This document shows, one piece after another, positions 52,218-64,000 of a DNA stretch of 64,000 bases. The notes beneath the pieces were generated by a model, which was not told where the DNA came from, did no database searches, and worked only from the letters and a program-made list of their open reading frames with translations. The first letter of the stretch is position 1. Each line of letters starts with the position of its first letter. Source of the DNA: Octopus vulgaris (taxonomy: Eukaryota). The stretch covers positions 40,982,001-41,046,000 of the forward strand of contig OX597822.1 in the NCBI GenBank assembly GCA_951406725.2, in the 5' to 3' direction. A program made the position numbers and the translations under genes.

Positions 52218-53443
52218 CAGTTAATCCAGTAATCCAGAGAGGGACAGACAGACACGTTATTGTTTATTATAGTTTTGTTTATTTTTGTTTCAATTTATTT
52301 GTATGTGGGTGGAAAAGGGTGTATCTGTCTCCCAGCACACCCATCCACCCGCTTACTCCACTCACCCAATCACGCAGCTAGCCACAGTACCCCTTTCCGG
52401 GCACCACTAGCTCCCACAACGGTGAACAAAAGTTTTTAGTGTGACCTCGCTAAACAATGCAGCGCGTGGGGCCAAGAGAGGTGGAGTTAAGGTAGGAGAG
52501 GTCCGAGACTGTTGGGGAGGGGGGGGCGTGTAAAATATGTTGTTCTGGATTTGGGGTTAAACCACCTGAAATGACGGCTATTATAATGATGATGATGTTG
52601 ATGATGACGCAGTGAAGGAAAGAGAAGAGGGTAACTGGGAGCTGTATGAAGTTTTCTTAGATGGGTGACGTGGAAGGAAGCGGTGTAGCGGGGTTGATAG
52701 CTCTTGTACAAGAAATTGTGATTATAAAAGTAGGGAAGCGAGATAATGTATTTTTTAAAGGAGATTTTGCTTTTATTCTTTCCAATAATACTACTGGTGG
52801 TGTTGTTGCCACTCCTTCAGTTAATCCCAACTGAAAACTTTTAAAACTTCCAAAACAAAATGTCTGCTGCCACCAATTTGCGATCAGTTAGTATAGTGGC
52901 TAGTGTATAGTACAATAGTAGCAACGGTGTGGTGTTGGTAGTAGTGATGAAATGTGGTGAAGTGAAGTAGTCTGATTAAAAGATTAAATATAGGTAGACA
53001 GATCGATGCATAACCTATCTACAAAACAAAAATTACGTGACAATCATATGAGTAGTGAACGCCACGGGTGGAAATCAAGACCATAGGACAAAGAAATGAC
53101 AAAAAAGTAACACTTTGATGGTGCTGGTGATGGGAAGTGAGAAGGAGAGAAGTCTTTATTATTGTATGTTTGTTCTAATCAGGCTGTAGGGCTGTGGGTA
53201 ACCATGGCTTGATAGACAGTCTATAACAAGGGTCAGGTGAAAGTTGAGGTGAAAGTTCGACACCAAACTGATGAATAATGTCCGTTAATGAGAAGCTTCT
53301 GTTTCTTTCTTCAATGGAGCTTGACCCGTTCTTCTGTTGGTGTAGTTGTTGTTGATGATGATGATGACGTTGTTGTTCTCGTTGATGCTGGGGTATATCG
53401 AACTGGTGTGATAACCCCAGCCATGAACACACCAACTGACATA
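52218..53443 (-). other. Probable long 5' UTR portion of the same exon
   Basis: Strong acceptor TGTCTTTTCTTTCTTTTTGTCTTCAG| at 53444-53469; the block down to 52157 has no recognisable transposons or dinucleotide tracts. Confidence 0.4.
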
Positions 53444-53713
53444 CTGAAGACAAAAAGAAAGAAAAGACAATGTTATAACAAATAAAACAATAGACACATA
53501 TGCACATACATATTCAAAGATATACATGCGCGCGCAGACACACAGACGCATATCCGCGTTGGGCGATACGCTGTGCAACGACAAATTAAATTTAAATGTT
53601 AACTGTTTTAGTGTGTTTCTTAAACAGCTTATAAACACCTTCCACGCTGCAATTGTTTTCGTTCCAGCACACGATATCAGATCAGATCACTTGCTATGCA
53701 AGTACATCTCCGT

Positions 53714-53761
<48 letters not shown>

Positions 53762-53777
53762 TGCAAGTACATCTCCG

Positions 53778-53832
<55 letters not shown>

Positions 53833-54128
53833 AGTATTGAATAAGCAAATTGCGTTTATTGCTTAGTTTCATAATTGTTTCGTTCATTTCCATTATAACC
53901 AGTTTTGCGTCTTATCAACACTTATTACCGATATATTTCCGTGCACTATGCAATTTTTCCTTTGTGGTGCATGGCAGAATCAGCTTCTCACAACAACACG
54001 AAAACCAATAAGTAACGGAAACGTACAAATGTATAGAGTAAACACGTAAGTGCATGACTTGTAGAAGTACACACGTATTTCCTCAAAAGTATAAACGAAA
54101 AAACTATTGTTGAAGAACAGAATTTTAG

Positions 54129-54186
54129 TTTCAGCCAAGAAGAGAGATCAATTTTATGGTTCCAGTTATTAAGGCTTCATCAGAGA
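54129..54186 (-). ncRNA. Degenerate hammerhead core
   Basis: Minus strand reads CUGAUGA AGCC...GGCU GAAA CUAA. Stem II closes; stems I and III are decayed. Confidence 0.4.
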
Positions 54187-54669
54187 TCAGTTTCTTATTC
54201 CTGTTCAGAGAGTATAGTAATTTACAACTATTTATGGCGAAGGAAACTGGTGTGTAATTTGCATAACAATGCTTACATCGGCAATACTTTTACTCAATTA
54301 TACATTAGTACATTCATTAACGACTAGTATTAATTAACTAAACTGCTGAGACAGCGAGCTCATCAATTGTAAATGTTTCTCATTGTATTTTCTTTAGTAG
54401 CTGTAAACTAGTAAATCGTTCTCTGAAGAATGAACGAATTCAAATATTCGTAAGCTAAATGTATATTTATGAAATATATCCATGTATGTTTATTCACAAC
54501 ATATAAACACACAGACACTGGACGAGAACTTTAGCTATTTAATATATGCAAGTAAAAAATATATACGCATGTATATATGTACACATATACATACTCCCAT
54601 CATACTAAGATCTACATAATCAACTAATACCGTAAGCAAATTACACAAACACACACACACACACACACA

Positions 54670-54830
54670 CGACGGGGGTGCTGAAAAGTTCCTGGCTTTA
54701 AGGGTGTCGCGAAAGGCCTGTTTGGCGGCCCAACCTTCCGAGTTCTTTAACAGGGCTTAGAAAAACTGAAGGACCGCTGCAATAAGTGTGTGAATCTCCG
54801 ACAGGAATATGTTGAATAAAATCATAATTA
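54670..54830 (+). mobile_element. mariner remnant (TIR plus transposase C-terminus)
   Basis: CGGGGGTGCTGAAAAGTTCC TIR-like start; GLEKLKDRCNKCVNLRQEYVE* matches the mariner GI.KL..RW.KC....G.YVE end. Confidence 0.75.
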
Positions 54831-55753
54831 ACGTATCCAACTGTGTATGTGTGGCATATATATATATGTACATATCTTTATATATATATATATATACATG
54901 TCCACTATTCGCTCGTTTCAATCATTAGACTACAGCCATGCTCAGACTCAGCCTTGAAGGATTTAGTTGAAAATTTTTAAATCTTGATGTTTAGTACTTA
55001 TTTGATAGATCTCCTTTGGTGCAGCGCTAATGTTATGGGGTCGTAAACAAACGAACCCCAGTTATCAGACGGTGATGGAGGGGACAAACACAAAGAAAAA
55101 CTTGTGCGTGTGTGGTGTCCACGCGTCTGTGAGTGAGTGTGCGTGTCCGTGTTTGTATACACACGACGGGCTTCTTTCAGTCTCCATTAACCAAATCCAC
55201 TCGCAATGGCTTTGGTCGATCCAAGGCACTGGACCCAAGGTGCTACTACGCAGTAAGACTGAACCCGAAACCTTGAGGTTGAGAAATTCTACGCCTACCT
55301 TACCACACACACATACACACACGATCAAATATATATAGAGCGTGCATTTCAATAATTAAACATGAATGTATACAACTACATGTACATTGTACACACTCTC
55401 GCTCACACACACACACACACACAGACACACACACGACTAAACAATCATATATCTTCATCACGTTAAGTAGTTGCTAGCGTTGACAGCCATCTTATCTGTG
55501 TTTCTACTTCGAAAGTGGACAGCCGTCGGTGTCTTGCGACATCTGTCTGTTCTTTGCCCCAGTCATAACCGGCCGCCGCCATTACTCGAGTCGCTGTTGT
55601 TGTCGTTATTGATTCCTCTTAATGTAATATTGATTAAAACAACCTAATCTTCAGTGTATAAGGCTTTACGTGCGTGTGTCTTTTTAGCGAGGCGAGTGTA
55701 GTACGTCGTCAATACGTCTACGTACGCGGTGATGGTGAACGAACGCACACGCA

Positions 55754-55791
<38 letters not shown>

Positions 55792-56358
55792 TATACATAT
55801 ATATACACACACATATATATATATATTTAGATACACACACACACACATATATATATATATTTAGATACACACACACACACACACATATATATATGATTAT
55901 ATACACACACATATATCTATATATGATTATATATACACACACACACACATATATATATGATTATACACACACACACACATATATATATGATTATACACAC
56001 ACACACACAATATATATGATTATACACACACACACACATATATATGATTATACACACACACACAGACACACATTATACACATACATACATGTATGTGTGT
56101 ATTCTTTTATTTTTACTCGTTTCAGTCATTTGAGTGTGGCCATGCTGGAGCACGGTCGTTGGTCCAACAAATCGACCCCAGGACTTGTTTGTTTTGTCCA
56201 TCCAAGGTTTATTACTGTCTGTGTGTGTGTGTGAGTGTACAAATGTGTATATGTTAATTGGCTAAAGTCTTGACCCTGTATATATGTCTATGTATGTATG
56301 CGTGATTCACATTCAGGATATATTTTATAGGAATACAAATTAATACCAAAGTTCAATG

Positions 56359-56461
56359 GGTTCTTTTATGTTTACGGAACCCCGACTACGTTAGCCTCAA
56401 ATGGGATTTGGTTCTTTTTATGTTACGGAACTCCGACTACGTTAGCTTCAAATGGGATTTG
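56359..56461. repeat. Two-copy ~51 bp tandem duplication
   Basis: GGTTCTTTTATGTT(T)ACGGAAC.CCGACTACGTTAGC.TCAAATGGGATTT occurs twice. Confidence 0.9.
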
Positions 56462-57005
56462 AGCTCAAACATAATGGACTTAAGACTAAATTACCACGTC
56501 ATTTTATCCGACATTCTAACGATTTTTTTCACTCCGGTGCTCTAGTTATTGTTTATGCCCCAGGACACGGTGGAAAGTGTTCCAACCGTGAACAACCCGA
56601 ATTTTGGTGTATCCAAGCCTACACTAGGCACTAAATGCAGTGTAATTTCGTTGAGTTTGGGCTCCATTTCACACACACAAAGTAAATTCAAAAGCAAGAA
56701 GAACGGCTAGTAAAATCTGCAATACGGTTTCAATCCACAGCCAGTTGTAATCAGCTCGTTTCATTTTGACGTTGATTCATTTGACAAGGCGTGAATGTCA
56801 CAATCACTCATTCCATTATTATACCTACCAAATCAATGAAGTGATGTCAACATGTGTCTGCCATATTTTGGTGTAAAGTAGAAAATGAGACTGTGGGGCG
56901 TTTATGCCTTTCCAAAACGAAGAGCAATCGTTCAGTGGAAACTCTATCATGAACGGTAACACAACTCGCTCGTAACTTAACAGAACTGTGCATATTTCAT
57001 TTGAG

Positions 57006-57053
<48 letters not shown>

Positions 57054-57223
57054 CATACATAAACTTATGTGTGTGTCTATAGATGTATATGTTGTGTACA
57101 TATATATATATATGTATATATATATACTTGTATGTGCATGTATGTTGTATATAACTATATATATATATGCACATGCAAGTGTGTGTGTGTGTGTGCGTGT
57201 ACATGAACCTGTATGTGTCTATA

Positions 57224-57270
<47 letters not shown>

Positions 57271-57685
57271 GCACATACAAGCGTGTGTGTGTGTCACACA
57301 TACAATGCGCATACACACACACATAATCAAGAAGGCCAAGTCGTGTGTGCGGATTAGGAGTTGGCTTCGCAATGACCACATGGAGTTGTGGTCATCTCAA
57401 GGTCATCTAACCTAGAGTTGAACAATCCCCTTGTTAAAGCTAACTGGTCGACAGAAGCTGTAAGTATACCGGTGCAAAACGGTGGGGCAAGTTACCTTCT
57501 AAGTGAAAAGGAAACTTATCATTCGGTAGTACATGTATTGATATGATCGAATAAAATTCTTTGAACACAATGTCATGGCGAAACTGCAGGTTAATTGACT
57601 GGAATCTATCAATGAATATTACATATCGATTAATTTGAGTCTTTAATCTGCGTGCATAAGTGTACGTGTGGGTAGGATGAATGTG

Positions 57686-57719
<34 letters not shown>

Positions 57720-57756
57720 CGTAGAGAGATACATGTACATACATGTATACATATCT

Positions 57757-58030
57757 TTTATTTGATTCTATCATTAGATAGCGGCCATGCTGGAGCACAT
57801 TCTTGAAGGGTGTCTTTGTCGAACAAATCGCCCCCAGTACATTTTCGTTAAGTCCGGTTCTCAGTCTATCGACCATCGTTCTCGAGCCGCTCAGCTGCGG
57901 GGATGTAAACAAACCGACACCAGTTGTCAAAAGGCGGTGGAAGGCAAACATATAGACACACACACACACATACACATATATATATATGACGGGCTTCTTT
58001 CAGTTTCCTTCAGCCAAATTCACAACCAAG
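57757..58030 (-). mobile_element. SINE family A, diverged
   Basis: GCGGCCATGCTGGAGCAC...GACGGGCTTCTTTCAGTTTCC. Similar copies at ~54905-55310, 59195-59556 and 62008-62361. Confidence 0.75.
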
Positions 58031-58145
58031 GTAATAAATATTTTTAAATATTAAGGTGTGTGCATATGTGTACGCGGAGGTAAATAGGTAGATGTGTATT
58101 TATGTGTACGTACTCGGATAGTAGGATATATGCATTTGAGCATTC

Positions 58146-58200
<55 letters not shown>

Positions 58201-58569
58201 ACGTATATATATTATTTGAGTATGAATTGAGGTACCTTAAAGTATATATTATACAACTAAGACTCTCTCTCTCTCTCTCTTTCCCTCTGCCTCTCTCTCT
58301 CTAGTATTCGACCTACCACATTTGGTATTTTCTCACGGTCACAGCTACCTGTATTGAAAGAAGTCGTGTGACTTGAATCATAAGTCGTTTTACAATGCAT
58401 TGCATATAATACATAACATTCTGTGTGTGTGTGTGTGTGTGCGTAAGAAGCTGACAGTGACTTTGCACCTGATTCAGGATCCTGGAAGCGTCAAGCAGCC
58501 GGATTCAGGCAAAACTTTAAATTTACAATCAATAACTTTAGAAATAGAAATAGATATAACAACAACAAC

Positions 58570-58617
<48 letters not shown>

Positions 58618-58704
58618 TCACACTACACTGCATCGATTTCTTTATCGGAAAAATTGAAGTAACGCTTTCAGTTTTAACAGATCGACATATATGATTTTAA
58701 AAAC

Positions 58705-58741
<37 letters not shown>

Positions 58742-58952
58742 GTGTGTGCATACATACATACATACATTTACTGGCTCCGGTCATTGGATGACCGCCATAT
58801 TGGTATACAGCAATCAAATGGGTTTGATTGATCAGATTAAACTACACGAATATTTTACGAATTTATATTCCTCGAAATGAAACAAAGACACAACATAATC
58901 ACGGATACACAAACACAATAAATGTATGTATGTGTGTGTACGTATATATATA

Positions 58953-59000
<48 letters not shown>

Positions 59001-59077
59001 CATACATGTACACTTGATATATATATATAGATAATAGATTCTGAACACAAGGATCTACTCGAGTGCGTCTGTCTGTC

Positions 59078-59146
<69 letters not shown>

Positions 59147-59593
59147 ATGTATGTATGTATGTATTTACGTACGTATGTACATGGTCCACCTCAAACCGTT
59201 GGAGGATTTAGCTGAACAGAACAAACCCAGTACATTTTTTTATGCAAAGCCTAATACTTATCGTATAGGTTTCTTTTTGTCGAAACGCCATGTCACGGGG
59301 GCGTAAACAAACTAACACTGGTTGTCGAACGCTGGTAGGAGACAAGCGTAAAGACACACACACACATGTGTGTGCGTGTGTGTGTACGTAGGAATGTAAG
59401 TACATGAGTTTCAGTCAACTAAATTCACTTATAAGGCTTTCATTATCACGGGGTCACAATAGAAAGACACTAGCCCATGGTGACACGCAGTGGGACTGAA
59501 CCCAGAATCATGTGGTTGGGAGATAAGCTTCTTACCAGACAGCCACATCTGCGCCTATATTTTACTTGAGTATTATTATTTAATTATTATTAT

Positions 59594-59618
59594 TACCTAT
59601 TCCGTTGAAGTTTATTCC

Positions 59619-59649
<31 letters not shown>

Positions 59650-59719
59650 TATTCCGTTGAAGTTTATTACTATTATTATTATTATTATTATTATTACCTA
59701 TTCCGTTGAAGTTTATTAC

Positions 59720-59720
<1 letters not shown>
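59594..59720. repeat. Three copies of a ~26-bp unit separated by (TTA)n
   Basis: TACCTATTCCGTTGAAGTTTATT(C/A)CTA occurs three times. Confidence 0.9.
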
Positions 59721-59756
<36 letters not shown>

Positions 59757-60123
59757 TCATTTACATTAAATACCTAAAACAAATAGAGCATTTCGTTAAT
59801 TTCGATTTAACGGACTTACAGTAAAGAAGACACGCCTTCCACGACATCTACAAATCAAACTGTTCAATCGAACGGGTCGAAAACTCTAGAATAAAAAATC
59901 CCTTTTCTTAAAAGTATCCGTCAGTCCAAAGCCATGCCACTGTGGAAGACGACATTAAATAACCAGTACAAAAGGAGTCTGGACAGCTCGCGAAAGGACA
60001 GCTCCATGTCAAACCGTCCTCTACCCGACCGAAGCATTGTTCTGAAACATATGAAGTACTGAATTCTAAAATCAGGTTATTAACTATCGCTATGCCTAAG
60101 CGAAATAATACTAATAATAATAA

Positions 60124-60172
<49 letters not shown>

Positions 60173-60199
60173 TGTAATCAAATAATAATAATAATGAAA

Positions 60200-60411
60200 A
60201 TAATCCACTCTCCTGGAAGCACAAGGCCTCAATTTTGAGGGATGGGATTAAGTCGATTACACTGACCCCAACGCGTAAACTGGTACTTAATTTATCGACC
60301 TCCGAAAGGACGAAAGGCACACTCGACTCCGGCGGCAATTGAACTCAGAACACGAAGACAGACAAAATACCTATTTCGTTACTACCCACAAGGGGCTAAA
60401 CACAGAGAGGA

Positions 60412-60412
<1 letters not shown>
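60200..60412 (-). mobile_element. SINE family B dimer fragment
   Basis: Same junction GAAATACCTATTTC.TTACTACCCACAAGGGGCTAAAC as the other dimers. Confidence 0.8.
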
Positions 60413-60451
<39 letters not shown>

Positions 60452-60814
60452 ATCACTCTCTCTCTCTCTCTCTCTCTCTCTGCATATATATATATATACG
60501 TATATATATGAGAGAGATCTATAGGTGTGGGTGTGTGTGTGTGAATAATAGATCTGGTCTAGGTCAATAATGGCTGACATTGTAAGTTATCGAAGTTTCG
60601 AAGTTTGTGTGTATGTGTGAGTACGCTAGGGTATGGGCTGTCTCACAGCTGCGTATACACGATATAGTTAAACGTACAAACGTGAAATTATACACATACA
60701 AGGGTGTGTGTGTGTGTGTAAGTATACATATATAGACATATATACACATGCGTGAGTGGTGTTTGTGCGCGCCCGCGTGTGTGTATACAGGAAGAGATAC
60801 ACGTACGTATGTCT

Positions 60815-61235
60815 AGGTGCAAATATATATACACATATCTATGTGTATGTATATATTAATGTATAATGCATGTATATGTGTGTATGTATGTATGAGTATA
60901 TATATATGTGTGTCTATGTACATGTGTGTGTATGTATGTATATATATATATATATATATGTGTGTGTGCGTGTATGTATGTATATATGTGTGTGTATGCA
61001 TGTATGTATGTATATGTGTGTGTGTATATGCATGTATGTATGTATATGTGTGTGTGTATATGCATGTATGTATGTATATATGTGTGTGTGTATTTCTATA
61101 TATACATATATGTGTATGTATTTCTATATATATATATATATATGCGTGTGTGTATGTGTGTGCGTATGTATGTATGTATAAGTGTATATGTATACATATC
61201 TTTATATGCACACGCATATATATATATATATATAT
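60815..61235. repeat. Compound TA/TG microsatellite
   Basis: Alternating purine-pyrimidine tract. Confidence 0.92.
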
Positions 61236-61338
61236 CATTCACACACGCGCGTCCGTTTATCTCGATTATATCGCACAATCAATATACATCATCAGCATTA
61301 TTGATTTTTACAGACAATGGAATACAATGAACTTATAC

Positions 61339-61383
<45 letters not shown>

Positions 61384-61698
61384 GTTCGTCTACAGTTGTA
61401 GCCACATGCTGTAATAGCCCCAAACAGAAACATTTGCAGTTCCGATCAGTTGAGGGTGAAGGGGTGACATGTGACCCCTCCGTTTGTTTTTAGATCGGAT
61501 GCTATTGACTTTGATGCTCGACCCCCGACCCCCACCCCCACCCGCTTCTTGTTAGGCCTGGTTACTCGCGACAGGGGACTTCGTCGTCGCAATATTTGGG
61601 AGCGACATACAAAACACAACCCATCTGTTTCCTCCTACTTCATGTTACGACAGCCACATCTTCATATGCACGCACACGTACATACATGTTCATATACA

Positions 61699-61732
<34 letters not shown>

Positions 61733-61844
61733 AATACAAAATGGGACAAGAACGCAAAACAAGAAGACACACACATCATATATATATATATATAATACAA
61801 ATGGGACAAGAAGACACACATATCTACGTACATACATGCATACA

Positions 61845-61901
<57 letters not shown>

Positions 61902-62207
61902 CCATACGTATATACACATATTTCCATCTGTATAGATATACACAATCATATATATTGATAGACAGATACATACATACATATATGTATATATATTCTTATA
62001 TTTTTTTATTTTACTTGTTTCAGTCATTTCATTGTGGCCATGCTGGAGTATCGCCTTTAGTCGAACAAATCGACTCCATGACTTATTTTTTGGAAGCCCC
62101 ATTTTATCGGTCACTCTTTGCCGAGTCAGTTGCCAAGCGATGGCGAGTTGCGGGAGGGGGGGAGGCAAACACAGACACACACACATAAATGCACACATAC
62201 ACACACA

Positions 62208-62251
<44 letters not shown>

Positions 62252-62384
62252 ATGGGCTTCTTTCAGTTTCCATCTACCAAATCCACTTACAAGGCTTTGG
62301 TCGACCGGACTATATAAGACACTTGCCCAATCTTCTTACCACACAGCGACACCTGCGCCTATATATACACGTGTGTATATATGC

Positions 62385-62425
<41 letters not shown>

Positions 62426-62476
62426 TATATACATGCACACATAATATATATACACGGTCATATATGTGTGTGTGTG

Positions 62477-62515
<39 letters not shown>

Positions 62516-62744
62516 CAAAATAATAAATAAAACATATGCATATATATACACACACACACACGCACATACATTAATTCCATTTGGAATTGTAGAACTATAC
62601 AATAAAACGAGTTGCTCACTTCATTTTCCTTGTTAATGTTCCTATATACTCACATATATGCACACATATACACATGTTTACCCATACATCTATATATCAT
62701 ATATATACACACGCGCGCACCTGCTTTCAGTCGTTTATATATAT

Positions 62745-62794
62745 ATATTATACATTTAAGTATATATATATATATATATATATTATACATTTAA

Positions 62795-62834
<40 letters not shown>

Positions 62835-62841
62835 CATTTAA

Positions 62842-62877
<36 letters not shown>

Positions 62878-62884
62878 CATTTAA

Positions 62885-62921
<37 letters not shown>

Positions 62922-62933
62922 TATACATTTAAG

Positions 62934-62980
<47 letters not shown>
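62745..62980. repeat. Five copies of TATTATACATTTAAGTA separated by (TA)n
   Basis: Directly visible. Confidence 0.9.
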
Positions 62981-62985
<5 letters not shown>

Positions 62986-63677
62986 CACACATACATACTC
63001 GTATATGCATAAATTTACGCATACATATGCATATGTGTGTGTGTGTACGAGCGCGCGCACTAAACCACGAATTTAAGGCGATGGGGGTGGCGCAGTCGAT
63101 TACATTGACCCCTCAGTTCTTAACTCGTCCTTGGTTTACCAACGTCGGAAAGATGAAAGGCAAAGTTCACAGTTGTCATACTTTTTACATCAGAACGTAA
63201 AGAGCATGGGGTGGTGGTAGTGTATGGGTTGGTAGTCACAAGAGTAGGAACTCCACGGTAAATTCAGGATGCATTCTCGGGTCTAATATTAGACTAAAGC
63301 CATTTAATCTTCCACTGTCCCCCGAACATGAGACTATCGGATTAAATATTAAAATCCCCCAATGAGTTGACAGGGAATTACTCTTGTTACACTACATTCC
63401 TAGTTCAAATCCCCACCGAACTTGAATTTTACTATACTATAATACATATTAAATTTATTCGTATACATTTTCATTCATACATTGCATATAATTAACATAA
63501 TGTATGTATATATATATATATATTATAGCTCAATAAATATGATAAAATAGATTAAAATATATAACATTATATATATTGTACATTGTGTTATAATATGCAT
63601 ATATATATATTTATGTTAATATATTTCATATTATACGTTTTATATACGGTATGTAATATAATGATAAATAAATATTC

Positions 63678-64000
63678 ATTTCTATTCTAGGCACAAGGCC
63701 CGAAATTTTGGGGGAGGGGATCAGTCAATTAGATCTACCCCAGTACGCAACTAGTAATTAATCGATCGATCCCGAAAGGAGGAAATGCAAAGTCGACCTC
63801 GGCGGAATTTGAACTCAGAATGTAAAGACAGACGAAATACCTGTTTCTTTACTACCCACAAGGGGCTAAACATAGAGGGGACAAACAAGTACAGACAAAC
63901 GGATTAAGTCGATTACATCGACCCCAGTGCGTCACTGGTACTTAATTTATCGACTCCAAATGATGAAAGGCAAAGTCGACCTCGGCGGAATTTGAACTCA
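63678..64000 (-). mobile_element. SINE family B dimer (runs off the window end)
   Basis: Reverse-complement architecture of 13340-13693. Confidence 0.87.

Noticed and set aside
59594-59720. CRISPR-like repeat-spacer pattern
   Set aside because: The spacers are (TTA)n rather than unique sequence; eukaryotic context and no cas genes.

Overview
AT-rich, microsatellite-saturated animal DNA. The repeat families match my recollection of octopus (coleoid cephalopod) repeats; this is an inference, not a database result. Nearly all ORFs in the track are artefacts of (TA)n/(CA)n/(TAA)n repeats. The one credible host-gene signal is a minus-strand first coding exon (52217-52157): a signal peptide followed by a perfect phase-1 GTAAGT donor. 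It is probably preceded by a ~1.2 kb 5' leader and followed by a >52 kb intron covering most of the window. That region holds three tRNA-derived SINE families, Tc1/mariner, hAT, pogo-like and Merlin-like MITEs, a Helitron, R4/Dong- and RTE-type LINE fragments, and Penelope-like element (PLE) remnants including a frameshifted GIY-YIG endonuclease. The most interesting signal is a set of minimal hammerhead ribozyme motifs: an intact one beside the PLE endonuclease (6391-6473), a composite element in which a tRNA-type Pol III head precedes a hammerhead inside ~100 bp inverted arms (19511-19882), and several variant or decayed copies.
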